Of a stretch of 64,000 nucleotides of DNA, positions 10,201 through 21,305 are shown in pieces. The number at the start of each line of letters is the position of its first letter. Position 1 is the first letter of the stretch. The stretch lies in contig CADCUB010000120.1 in NCBI GenBank assembly GCA_902805775.1, positions 2,153 to 66,152 on the forward strand, in the 5' to 3' direction. The notes below the pieces were generated by a model. The model worked only from the letters and a program-made list of their open reading frames with translations, did no database searches and had not been told where the DNA came from. A program made the position numbers and the translations under genes. Origin of the DNA: an uncultured Frankineae bacterium. Lineage in GTDB: Bacteria; Actinomycetota; Actinomycetes; Mycobacteriales; SCTD01.

Positions 10201-10998
10201 TCAGCCGACCACGAGCTCGCCGGTGAGCACGAGCCGGCCGTCCGGGGACGTCACGGTCGCGCTCGCCACCCCGGTGGTGCGGCCCTGCCGGACGACCTCG
10301 GCGGCGACGGCCACGCTGCCGTCGCGGGGCGTCGGGCGCAGGTAGCTGAAGCGGGAGGTGAGCGGGCGCAGCCGGCCCGACAGCGCCGCCTCGCCGGCGA
10401 GCTGCGCGGCCAGCGCGCCCACCCCGCCGTGCAGCGTGCCGAGCGCGTTGCTGAGCGCGTCCCGGGCGTGCAGCGCGAAGCGGGGGCCGGGCGGGACGCC
10501 CAGGAGCGCGCGCAGGTCCGCCGCGGGCGGCTCCTCGACCCGGCCGACCCGCTCGACCTCGACGGCGTCCGCCGCGGCGGGCACGAACCACCCGGTGACC
10601 GCCGCGACCGGCCGCCCCGACGCGTCGCTCACCGTGCCAGCCGCGTGCTGCGGGCCGCCGCCGACGTAGGGGGAGGCCGTGCAGCGCGCGACGAGGGCGC
10701 CGGTGGCGGGCGGGGCGGCGAGGTGGTCGACGGTCAGGGCCAGCGTGGCGACGCCCCGCAGGTCGGGCAGTGACGCGATGACCGACGTCGTGAGGCCGAA
10801 GTCGGCCACCAGGCAGACCAGCGCTCCGCTCGGCCCGTCGCCGGCGGAGCGCAGCTCGGCCGACAGCGGCACCCGCACGACGGTGCGGCACGGCCCCACC
10901 TCGTCCAGGGCGGCCGAGAGCCGGCCGAACGCCGGCGGCACGCCGCGGTCCTGCTCGCGCCAGCGGCGCAGCCGCTCCAGGCCGTCGGCGTCGCTCAC
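10201..10998 (-). CDS. PaaI-family double-hotdog thioesterase
   Basis: NALGTLHGG, FSYLRP, VVRQGRTTG. GTG overlaps the thiD stop. Confidence 0.8.
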   Translation of the reverse strand: MSDADGLERLRRWREQDRGVPPAFGRLSAALDEVGPCRTVVRVPLSAELRSAGDGPSGALVCLVADFGLTTSVIASLPDLRGVATLALTVDHLAAPPATGALVARCTASPYVGGGPQHAAGTVSDASGRPVAAVTGWFVPAAADAVEVERVGRVEEPPAADLRALLGVPPGPRFALHARDALSNALGTLHGGVGALAAQLAGEAALSGRLRPLTSRFSYLRPTPRDGSVAVAAEVVRQGRTTGVASATVTSPDGRLVLTGELVVG

Positions 10999-11797
10999 GC
11001 CTCCCACCCGAAGTGGTCGAGCGGCCCGTGACCGGCCCCCAGCCGCCAGCCGGCGCCTCCGGCCAGCGCCCGCAGGACGTACGCCTTGGCCGCCTCGACC
11101 GCCGCGACGAGGTCCTCCCCGCGGGCGAGCCCGGCGGCCAGCGCCGACGCCAGCGTGCAGCCGGTGCCGTGGTCGTTGGTGCCCGCGACCCTCCCGGCGC
11201 GCAGCTCGCGCAGCTGCGCGCCGTCCCAGAGCACGTCGACGGCCTCGTCCTGCGTCCCGGCGACCGCGTGCCCGCCCTTGACGAGCACGGCCCGCGGGCC
11301 GAGCGCCCCCAGCGCCCGCGCGGCCTCCCGCTGCTCTGCGAGGGTCGTGATCGACCGGCCGAGCAGCACCTGCGCCTCGGACAGGTTGGGCGTGAGGACC
11401 TCGGCGTGCGGCAGCAGCGCCTCGAGGTAGGCCCGCTCGGCGTCCGGCTCGAGCAGGCGGGCCCCGCTGGAGGCCACCATGACCGGGTCGACGACGAGCC
11501 GGGGCAGCCGGCCGGCCGCAGCGAGTCCGGCGACGGCGTGCACGACCTCCGCCGTCGCCAGCATGCCGGTCTTGACGGCCGCCACGTCGAGGTCGTCGAG
11601 CACCGCCTCGACCTGCGCGACGACGAACGCCGCCGGGACCGCGTGCACCCCCCGCACACCGGTGGTGTTCTGCGCGGTCAGCGCGGTGATCGCGCTCGCG
11701 CCGAAGACGCCGCAGGCGGCGAACGCCTTGAGGTCGGCCTGCACGCCCGCCCCACCGCTGGAGTCGGACCCGGCGATGGTGAGCGCGACGCGGGGGG

Positions 11798-11801
<4 letters not shown>
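10995..11801 (-). CDS. thiD: HMP/HMP-P kinase
   Basis: LTIAGSDSSGGAGVQADLK, VKTGML, VVDPVM, TPNLSEA, KGGH, HGTGC. Confidence 0.96.
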
Positions 11802-13419
<1,618 letters not shown>

Positions 13420-13423
<4 letters not shown>

Positions 13424-14556
13424 GCGTGCACCTCCCGTGCGGTCGAGGTCGAGAACCGGTCGCCGGCGAAGGCGCTCGCCGGGCCGCTGACCGGCTCGCC
13501 GGCCAGCACCTGCGCCACCACCTGCCCGGTCAGCGGCGCCAGCAGCACGCCGTTGCGGTAGTGCCCGGTCGCGAGCACCAGCCCGGGCAGCGACGACGGG
13601 CCGAGCAGGGGGCCGTTGTCGGGGGTGCCCGGCCGCCAGCGGGCGAGGGTCTCCACGAGCTCCAGCTCGCTGACGCCGGGCACCACCTCGGTGGCGTCGC
13701 GCAGCAGGTCGAGCACCGCACCGGCGGTGACCCGGCCGTCGAAGCCGAGCTCCTCGACGGTCGCGCCGACCACGAGGCGGTCCTGGTCGTAGGGCACGAG
13801 GTAGACCGAGCGCCCCCGGACCAGCGCCCGGACCGTGCCCGCGAGCAGCGCCTCCCCGCGCAGGCGCAGGATCTGCCCCTTGACCGGCCGCACGGGCACG
13901 GCGCCGGCGGGGACGCCGGGCAGCCGGCCGCTCCAGGCCCCGAGCGCGAGGACGGTCTGCTCCGCGCGCAGCTCGCGCCCGTCGGTCAGCCGCAGCCCGC
14001 AGGCCCGGCCCCCCTCGACGACCAGCCCGCCGATGCGGCCCCGCACCAGGTCGACGCCGGCCGCGGCGGCGGCGGCGAGCAGGGCGGCGTGCAGCGCCCG
14101 CGGCTCGACGGAGTGGTCACCGCTGATGCGCACGCCGGCGCGCAGACGAGGGGTGAGGGAGGGCTCCTGCGCCCGGCAGGCGCGGGGGGTCAGGCGGGCG
14201 GCGTCCAGGCCGAGCTCGAGGTGGAACGCGGAGGTGCGCTCCAGCGCCCGCGCGTCGTCCTCGTCGAACCCGACGAGCAGCGTGCCGGCCGTGCGCAGGC
14301 CCAGGTGCTCGCCCGACAGCTGCTCGAGCTCGGCGACGAACGCGGGGTAGAGCGCGAGCGAGGCCCGGCTGAGGGCGACCAGCGGCTCCTCGCCGTACGC
14401 CGCCTCGGCGACGGGGGCGAGCATGCCGGCGGCGGCGTACGACGCACCGGTGCCGGGCGCGTCGTCGACCACGGTGACGGCGATGCCCCGCTGCGCCGCC
14501 CGCCAGGCGACCGACAGCCCGGCGACGCCGCCGCCGGCGACCAGGACGTCGCTCAT
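13420..14556 (-). CDS. thiO: Glycine oxidase
   Basis: GGGVAG, ASYAAAGML, PVKGQ, RPGTPDN, GHYRNG; thi context. Confidence 0.95.
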
Positions 14557-15182
14557 CGCGCGTCCAGCGCGGCGAGCAGGACGCGGGTGGCCTCGGCCGG
14601 GTCTGCCGCGGCCGACACGGCGGTGACGACGGCGACGCCGTGCACGCCGGCCGCCAGCAGGGCGGGGACGTGCTCGACCGTGACCCCGCCGATGGCGATC
14701 ACCGGCACGTCGACGGCCGCGGCCACGGCGCCGACCGCCTCGATGCCCAGGGGCGCGGGCAGTCCCGCCTTGGTCGAGGTGGAGGCGGCCGGTCCGACCC
14801 CCAGGTAGTCGGCGCCGGCGGCGACCAGCTCGCGGGCGAGCCGCGGGTCACGGGCGGTGCCGCCCAGGACGTGGCGCGGGCCGGCGAGGCGCCGCGCCGC
14901 GGCCAGCGGCAGGTCGTGCGCCCCGAGGTGGGTGCCGCCGGCACCGACCGCCAGGGCGATGTCGACGCGGTCGTCGACCAGGCACAGCGCCCCGGCCGCG
15001 TCGCACAGCCGCGCGACGCGCTCGGCCAGGTCGTGCAGCTCGCGGTCGGTGCCGCCCTTGGCGCGCACCTGCACCACCGGCGCGCCGGCCGACAGGGCGG
15101 CCGAGACGACCGGGACGGCGTCGCGTCCGTCGCGGGTGTCGGTGAGCACGTGCAGCCGGCCGAGCGCCGGGGGAGCGGTCAC
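14553..15182 (-). CDS. thiE: Thiamine-phosphate synthase
   Basis: VQVRAK, DDRVD, HLGAHD, DYLGVGP, TSTK, AIGG. Confidence 0.92.
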   Translation of the reverse strand: MTAPPALGRLHVLTDTRDGRDAVPVVSAALSAGAPVVQVRAKGGTDRELHDLAERVARLCDAAGALCLVDDRVDIALAVGAGGTHLGAHDLPLAAARRLAGPRHVLGGTARDPRLARELVAAGADYLGVGPAASTSTKAGLPAPLGIEAVGAVAAAVDVPVIAIGGVTVEHVPALLAAGVHGVAVVTAVSAAADPAEATRVLLAALDAR

Positions 15183-16519
15183 CGGGTGCTCCGGTGCGCG
15201 CGCAGGGCGCCGGGCAGGGCCACCGCGACCGTCAGCAGCGACGCGACGGTCAGGCTCACCAGCGAGGCCGACAGCCCGGACGTCGCCGAGATGCCGAGGT
15301 CGGCCTGGCGCGCTCCCCACCAGGCGGTCCAGCCCGCGGCGCCGCCGGTGAAGAACGTGGGGACGGTCAGCTGGTAGGCCACGAAGCCGACCGCCCACGG
15401 CACGAGCAGCGCCGGCCGGGCCGGCGCGTCGTCCGACACGTCCCACGCGCCGCGCGGCAGCAGGTAGTAGGCGACCAGCAGCACCCCGGCCAGCGGCACG
15501 AACACCGCGCCGAGCAGGAACAGGAACGGCTCGTAGGCCACGACGTCGAGGGTCAGCGCGAGCCCGGTGGCGACCGCCCCGACGGCCACCGCGAGCACGC
15601 GCCGGTCCAGCCGGGAGGCGACGTTCTGGGCCGACACGGCGGTGGAGTAGATGTTGGCGAACGCCTCGTCGACCTCGACGGCGACCAGGACGAGCACGGC
15701 GACCAGGCCGAGCGGGACCGCCAGCAGGGCGTCGACGACGTCGAGCCCGGCGGTGCCGTACGCCGACAGGGCCAGCACGCCGAGGGTGAACATCGCGAAG
15801 GTCGCCAGGCCGTAGCCCGCGGCGGTCCCGACGAAGGCCGTGCGCGGGTCGCGCACGTGCCGCGTGTAGTCGGCGGCCAGCGGGAACCACGAGACCGGCA
15901 GGGCGATGACGATGTCGACGGCCGACCAGAACGAGCCGGCGCCGCCCTCCTCGACGGGCGGCAGCGGCTCGGACAGCACCCGCACGTAGAGGTAGCCGAC
16001 GGCCGCCACCGCCGCCCAGACGGCGAAGCGGGCGAGCAGGCGGACGACCCCGAGCGGCCGCAGCGCCATCGCGGTGGCCAGCACGCCGGCCGCCACCACG
16101 AACGGCTCCCGCGGCAGGTCCAGCGCCCGCGACGCGGCCTCGGCGATGATCACGATCTCGAAGGTCGCCCAGCCCAGGCACTGCAGGACGTTCAGCCCGG
16201 TCGGCAGCCAGCTGGCCCGCCGGCCCAGCAGCCCCCGCAGCAGCACCATGGCCGGGACCCGCTCCCGGGCGGCCGGTGCGGCGGTCAGGCCGAGCAGGAC
16301 CGCGCCGATCACCGCGCCCACCGCGACGGCGAGCACCGTCACGCCGAGCGGGCGGCCGGCCAGCACGACGAACGCGGCGGCCACCGGCAGGAGCAGGCTG
16401 ATGCCGAGGTTCGCCCACAGGCCCACGGTGTCGCGCAGGCCGAGCGAGGTCGGTGCCGGCTCGGCCAGGGTCCGCGGCGCCTCGTCGACGACGGCGGTGG
16501 CCGAGGAGGTCGTGCTCAC
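15179..16519 (-). CDS. cytX: NCS1-family permease, putative HMP transporter
   Basis: Multi-TM protein with LNVLQCLGW, SWFPLAADY, AFANIYST; first gene under the TPP riboswitch. Confidence 0.85.
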   Translation of the reverse strand: MSTTSSATAVVDEAPRTLAEPAPTSLGLRDTVGLWANLGISLLLPVAAAFVVLAGRPLGVTVLAVAVGAVIGAVLLGLTAAPAARERVPAMVLLRGLLGRRASWLPTGLNVLQCLGWATFEIVIIAEAASRALDLPREPFVVAAGVLATAMALRPLGVVRLLARFAVWAAVAAVGYLYVRVLSEPLPPVEEGGAGSFWSAVDIVIALPVSWFPLAADYTRHVRDPRTAFVGTAAGYGLATFAMFTLGVLALSAYGTAGLDVVDALLAVPLGLVAVLVLVAVEVDEAFANIYSTAVSAQNVASRLDRRVLAVAVGAVATGLALTLDVVAYEPFLFLLGAVFVPLAGVLLVAYYLLPRGAWDVSDDAPARPALLVPWAVGFVAYQLTVPTFFTGGAAGWTAWWGARQADLGISATSGLSASLVSLTVASLLTVAVALPGALRAHRSTR

Positions 16520-16533
16520 GTGCTCGCGCTCAT
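16516..16533 (-). CDS. 5-aa upstream micro-ORF MSAST
   Basis: ATG 7 nt after the riboswitch GGGAG; its TGA overlaps the cytX GTG (GTGA). Confidence 0.5.
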   Translation of the reverse strand: MSAST

Positions 16534-16537
16534 CGAG

Positions 16538-16630
16538 TGTCTCCCTACGCCGGCATGACCCGGACAGGTTCGAGCGGTCGACGGCGGTCCAGCCGTCCTC
16601 TCAGCCCGGTCCCCGGGCTCCCGCACACAG
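16538..16630 (-). ncRNA. TPP riboswitch
   Basis: Minus strand reads GCGGGAG...GCTGAGAG...GACC..GAACCTG.CCGGGTCATGCCGGCGTAGGGAG, the THI-box consensus. Confidence 0.95.
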
Positions 16631-16670
16631 CGGACAGACCCTACGCCAGCGCGGCCTAGGGTGGCCCGCC

Positions 16671-17285
16671 ATGACCGACCCCCGTGCGCACCCGCGGGTG
16701 CGCGAGCTGCCCGAGCGCCACCCCGAGCAGTGGGCGGCGGCGACCCGGCACCCGTTCCTCGACGGCGTGCGCGACGGCACGCTGCCGGCAGCGGTCCTCG
16801 ACACCTGGCTGGTGCAGGACGCGGCGTTCGTGGCCGACCTGCTGCGCTTCCAGTCGCGCCTGCTGGCCCGGGCCCCGCGACCGGCGCAGCGGGTGCTGGC
16901 CGAGGGAGCCCTGGCGCTGGTCGACGAGCTGGACTGGTTCGAGCAGCTCGCCGCCGGGCGCGGGCTGGACCTGTCGGCGCCGCCCCTGCCCGCCACCACC
17001 GCCTACGCCGCGCTGCTCGACGACCTGGACGCGGCGCCGTACGCCGACGCGGTCGGCTGCCTGTGGGTCGTGGAGCGCGTCTACCTCGACGCGTGGAGCG
17101 CGGCCGCGCCCGGGGCCGGCGACTGCGCCGCGCTGGTCGAGCACTGGACCGCACCCGGCTTCACGGCGTACGTCGAGGGCCTGGAGGCCGCCGCCGACGC
17201 CGCGGGCGGGCCGGACGACCGTCGGGTGGCGGAGGTGCTGGACCGCGAGGCGGCCTTCTGGGACGTCGCGGCGGCCCGGCCGTGA
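16671..17285 (+). CDS. TenA family protein (no catalytic Cys; TenA_E-like)
   Basis: ATRHPFL, WLVQD, WVVERVYLDAW, HWT, EAAFW. Confidence 0.87.
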   Translation: MTDPRAHPRVRELPERHPEQWAAATRHPFLDGVRDGTLPAAVLDTWLVQDAAFVADLLRFQSRLLARAPRPAQRVLAEGALALVDELDWFEQLAAGRGLDLSAPPLPATTAYAALLDDLDAAPYADAVGCLWVVERVYLDAWSAAAPGAGDCAALVEHWTAPGFTAYVEGLEAAADAAGGPDDRRVAEVLDREAAFWDVAAARP

Positions 17286-17905
17286 GCCTGGCCGCGCGGC
17301 TGTGGGCCGCCAGCGCCGACGCGGCCGACGCCGCGCTCGCCCACCCGTTCGTGCGCGGGCTCGCCGACGGCTCCCTGCCGCTGCCGGCGTTCCAGGTCTA
17401 CGTCGCGCAGGACGCGGTGTTCCTGGAGGGCTTCGCCCGCGCGTACGCGCTCGCCCTGGCGCGCAGCGACGACCGGGCGACGCTGGACGCCTTCGCCGGC
17501 CTGATCGCCGGCGTGGTCGACGAGCTGCGGCTGCACGCGGCCTACGCCGAGCGGTGGGGCGTGGACACGACGCCCGTGCGCCCGCTGCCGGCCACGACGG
17601 CCTACACCGACTTCGTCCTGGCGACGGCCGCCCTGCGCGGCGTCGGCGTCACCTGCGCGGCTCTGGCGCCGTGCATGCGGCTGTACGCCCACCTGGGCAC
17701 CTCGCTGGACCCGGAGGCCGCCGGGCCGTACGCGGAGTGGGTGCGCACGTACGCCGACCCGGCCTTCGAGGCCCTGGCCCGCACGCTCGAGGACCTGCTG
17801 GACCGGCACGCCGACGACGTCCCGGAGGTGGCGGCGGCCTACCGCCGCGCGATGGAGCTCGAGCTCGCCTTCTTCTCCGCGGCGCTGGAGCGCTCGCCGG
17901 GCTGA
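17282..17905 (+). CDS. tenA: Thiaminase II / aminopyrimidine aminohydrolase
   Basis: HPFV, YVAQD, LAPCMRLY (catalytic Cys), YAEWVRTY, LELAFF. Confidence 0.9.
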   Translation: MSLAARLWAASADAADAALAHPFVRGLADGSLPLPAFQVYVAQDAVFLEGFARAYALALARSDDRATLDAFAGLIAGVVDELRLHAAYAERWGVDTTPVRPLPATTAYTDFVLATAALRGVGVTCAALAPCMRLYAHLGTSLDPEAAGPYAEWVRTYADPAFEALARTLEDLLDRHADDVPEVAAAYRRAMELELAFFSAALERSPG

Positions 17906-17929
17906 CCGGTGCTGGGCCAGACTGCCCGC

Positions 17930-18853
17930 ATGAGCGGACCGGTCGCACGCGAGGACGCGGGGCTCGTCCCGCAGGGGGCGCGGCCGCAGCCGCCGACGGC
18001 CGAGGTGGTCGACGCCCGGGAGTCGCTCGTCGGCGGGCTGACCGTGCGGCGCGCGCTGCCCCGGGCCCGGCGGCGCACCGTCGGGGCATGGTGCTTCGTC
18101 GACCACGTCGGGCCGCTGGCCGTGGAGCCCGACGGCGGCCTCGACATCGGACCGCACCCGCACACCGGGCTGGCGACCGTGACCTACCTGCTCGAGGGCC
18201 AGGTGCTGCACCGCGACAGCCTCGGCAGCGAGCAGGTGGTCCGCCCCGGGCAGCTCAACCTGATGACCGCCGGGCGCGGCGTCGCGCACGCCGAGGAGCC
18301 GACCGGGGCCTACCGCGGCACCCTGCACGGCGTGCAGCTGTGGGTGGCGCAGCCGTCGGCGACCCGCACCGGCGAGCCGGCCTTCGAGCACCACGCCGAG
18401 CTGCCCGAGCTGGCCCTGGACGGCGCCGACGTGCGGGTGCTGGTGGGCGAGCTCGGCGCAGCGGCGTCACCGGCCCGGCGCGACAGCGACCTGCTCGGGG
18501 CCGGCGTGACGCTCGCTCCGGGCGCAGCGGTGCTGCCGCTGGCACCGGCGTACGAGCACCTCGTCGTCGTGCTCGACGGCGTCCTGCTGCTCGACGACGG
18601 CCGGCCGGTGCGGCCCGGCCAGAGCGCCTACCTCGGGACCGGCCGCGACGAGCTGGTGCTGGCTGCGCCGGAGGGCGCCCGCGTGCTGCTGCTCGGCGGC
18701 GTGCCGTTCGGGGAGCAGATCGTCATGTGGTGGAACTTCGTGGGCCGCAGCCGGGAGGAGGTCGCCGACGCCGCGCGGGCCTGGGAGGCGGGCGACGACC
18801 GGTTCGGCGCCGTGGCGACCGGTCTCGACCGGATCCCGGCGCCCCAGCTCTAG
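17930..18853 (+). CDS. Pirin family protein
   Basis: FVDH, HPHTG, HRDSLG, MTAGRGVAHAE, QLWV. Confidence 0.93.
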   Translation: MSGPVAREDAGLVPQGARPQPPTAEVVDARESLVGGLTVRRALPRARRRTVGAWCFVDHVGPLAVEPDGGLDIGPHPHTGLATVTYLLEGQVLHRDSLGSEQVVRPGQLNLMTAGRGVAHAEEPTGAYRGTLHGVQLWVAQPSATRTGEPAFEHHAELPELALDGADVRVLVGELGAAASPARRDSDLLGAGVTLAPGAAVLPLAPAYEHLVVVLDGVLLLDDGRPVRPGQSAYLGTGRDELVLAAPEGARVLLLGGVPFGEQIVMWWNFVGRSREEVADAARAWEAGDDRFGAVATGLDRIPAPQL

Positions 18854-18868
18854 GCCGGGCCGGCGGCG

Positions 18869-19888
18869 TCAGCCGGCGACGGGTGCGCCGGCGCGCAGGG
18901 GCAGCTCGGCCAGGCCCGCGAACGAGCGCAGCCGGTCGGCCGGGTCGGGGACCATCGTGGTGACCATCAGCTCGTCGGCACCGGTGTCGTCGAGCAGCCG
19001 CTCCAGCGAGGCGCGCACCGTGGCGGGCCCCCCGATGCTCTGCTGCGCCAGCCGCTGCTCGACGAAGGCCCGCTCGTGCGGTGCGTAGGGGTAGGACAGC
19101 GCCTCGGGCACGGACGGCAGGCGCCCGGGCCGTCCGCTGCGCAGCCGCAGGAACGCCAGCGCGCCCGGCATCGCCAGCTCGCGGGCCCGGTCGTCGGTGT
19201 CGGCCAGCACCACCGACGCGCAGACCATCGCGTACGGCGCCGCCAGCACCTCGGACGGCCGGAAGTGAGCGCGGTAGAGCTCGAGCGCCTGCAGCGTCCC
19301 GTGCGGCGCGAAGTGGTGGGCGAACGAGAACGGCAGCCCGAGCAGCCCGGCGAGCCGGGCGCTGTAGCCGCTGCTGCCCAGCAGCCAGATCGCCGGGCCG
19401 TTGCCCAGCGCCGGCACCGCCTGCAGCGACGCCCAGGGGTGGCCCGGCGACCACTGACCGTCGAAGAACGAGCGCAGCGCGAGCAGCTCTGCGGCGAAGT
19501 CGTCGGCGGAGGCACCGCGCCGCAGCGCGGACGCGGTGGCGGGGTCGGTGCCCGGCGCCCGGCCGAGCCCCAGGTCGATGCGACCGGCGTGCAGCGCCTC
19601 CAGGGTGCCGAACTGCTCGGCCACGACGAGCGGCGCGTGGTTGGGCAGCATCACCCCGCCCGACCCGACGCGGATCGCGGACGTCGCCGCAGCGATCGCG
19701 CCGATGAGCACGGCCGGGGCGCTGCTGGCGACGCCTGGCATGCCGTGGTGCTCGGCCACCCAGAAGCGGCCGTACCCGAGGTGCTCGACCTCCTGCGCGA
19801 GGGCGACGGTGTCGAGCAGTGCCTGCCGGCTGCTGCCGCCGGCCGGGACGGGGGCGAGGTCGAGCACGGACAGCGGCACCGGCGTCAT
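18869..19888 (-). CDS. LLM-class flavin-dependent oxidoreductase
   Basis: [35 protein letters not shown]. Confidence 0.93.
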   Translation of the reverse strand: MTPVPLSVLDLAPVPAGGSSRQALLDTVALAQEVEHLGYGRFWVAEHHGMPGVASSAPAVLIGAIAAATSAIRVGSGGVMLPNHAPLVVAEQFGTLEALHAGRIDLGLGRAPGTDPATASALRRGASADDFAAELLALRSFFDGQWSPGHPWASLQAVPALGNGPAIWLLGSSGYSARLAGLLGLPFSFAHHFAPHGTLQALELYRAHFRPSEVLAAPYAMVCASVVLADTDDRARELAMPGALAFLRLRSGRPGRLPSVPEALSYPYAPHERAFVEQRLAQQSIGGPATVRASLERLLDDTGADELMVTTMVPDPADRLRSFAGLAELPLRAGAPVAG

Positions 19889-19892
19889 GACC

Positions 19893-19923
19893 GGTGCAAC
19901 GCCCCTGACCGCCGCGCCTTCCC
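19893..19923 (-). promoter_or_regulatory. SigH/SigR-type ECF promoter, leaderless
   Basis: GGAAG-N16-CGTTGCACCGGTC-ATG. Confidence 0.6.
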
Positions 19924-19957
19924 GGTCACCAGGACGCTGGTCGGCCGGACCCGAGGG

Positions 19958-21247
19958 TCACCACAGCTCGATGGACCGGGCGAAGATCCCGGCCAGGTCG
20001 TCCTCGGTGACGTCGCGGGGGCAGGTCGCGAGCAGGCGCTGCTGCTTCATCGTCCCGTCGACCAGCGCGCCGATGTCGCCCTCGTCGAAGCCGACCGCGC
20101 CGATCCCGTTGGGGATCTCGATGTCGCGCATCAGCTCGGCGAGCACCGTGGGCAGGAACTGCGACAGGTCCGAGGGCCGGTCCGCGCCCGGTGCGAGCAG
20201 CTCCGCGGCCCGCACGTGCCGCTCGGGGGAGGCCTCGAAGGTGAAGCGGAACGCCTCCGGAGCGGTCAGCGACACCGACATGCCGTGCGGCACCATCGGC
20301 TCGTCGGCCGGGTAGTCCCGAGGGTGGAAGTCCTTGACCTGCCCGGCGATCGGGTAGGCGTTCGCGTGCGGGATGTGGACGCCGGCGTTGCCGAAGCCCA
20401 TGCCGGCGAAGGTCGCGGCGATCGCCATGTCGGCGCGGGCCTGGTCGTCGTCGCCGTGCCGGACGGCTGTGCGGAACGAGCCGGCCAGCAGCGACAGCGC
20501 CTTCTCCGACCACATGTCGGAGATCGGGTTCGACCCGCAGTAGGGCACCCGGGCCTGCGGCGCCTTGCGCTCGTTGGTGGTGTACCAGCGTGCGGTGTAG
20601 CTCTCGAGCGCGTGGCAGAGGATGTCCATGCCGGACGCGGCCGTCACGCCGGCCGGCTGCGTGCGGGTGAGGTCGGGATCGATCACGGCGAGCGTCGGGC
20701 GCAGCCGCGCGTGGCTGATGCCGGTCTTGACCTTGAGGTGGAGCACGTCCATCACGCAGATCGTCGTGCTCTCCGAGCCCGTGCCGGTCGTCGTCGGGAC
20801 GGCCACGAGGGGCTTGAGCGGCTGCGTCGGGGCCTGGCCGCCCCCGACGGGCAGGTTGATGTAGTCCATCAGCTCGCCGGGGTTGGTGGTCATCAGGTTG
20901 ATCGCCTTGGCCGTGTCGATCGCCGAGCCGCCGCCGACGGCGACGTAGGCGTCCCACGGACCGGAGGCGCGGGCCGCGTCGACGGCGGCGTTCAGCGAGA
21001 CGTCCGTCGGCTCGACGTGGGCGCCGTCGTAGACCTGCGCCTCGATGCCGAACTGGGCCATCTGGTCGGCCACGCGCTGCGGGTGGCCGGTGGCGGCCAC
21101 GCCCGGGTCGGTGACGACCAGGACCCGGCGGACGCCGTACGTGCTGAGGTCGAAGCCGATCTCGTCCGAGGAACCGCTGCCGAACTTGAGCATCGGCGCG
21201 CCGTAGGTGAAGACCGACTCGGGATGGGCGGGGGCGGTGCGGCTCAT
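19958..21247 (-). CDS. Hydroxyacid-oxoacid transhydrogenase (Fe-ADH family)
   Basis: GGGSAID, PTTTGTGSE, DILCHALES, GNAGVHIPH, PHG. Confidence 0.9.
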   Translation of the reverse strand: MSRTAPAHPESVFTYGAPMLKFGSGSSDEIGFDLSTYGVRRVLVVTDPGVAATGHPQRVADQMAQFGIEAQVYDGAHVEPTDVSLNAAVDAARASGPWDAYVAVGGGSAIDTAKAINLMTTNPGELMDYINLPVGGGQAPTQPLKPLVAVPTTTGTGSESTTICVMDVLHLKVKTGISHARLRPTLAVIDPDLTRTQPAGVTAASGMDILCHALESYTARWYTTNERKAPQARVPYCGSNPISDMWSEKALSLLAGSFRTAVRHGDDDQARADMAIAATFAGMGFGNAGVHIPHANAYPIAGQVKDFHPRDYPADEPMVPHGMSVSLTAPEAFRFTFEASPERHVRAAELLAPGADRPSDLSQFLPTVLAELMRDIEIPNGIGAVGFDEGDIGALVDGTMKQQRLLATCPRDVTEDDLAGIFARSIELW

Positions 21248-21305
21248 GAGGCGGCCTCTCGACGTCCGGCGGGGGAAACGCGGACGGAACGTACTGCGCC
21301 GGGGC

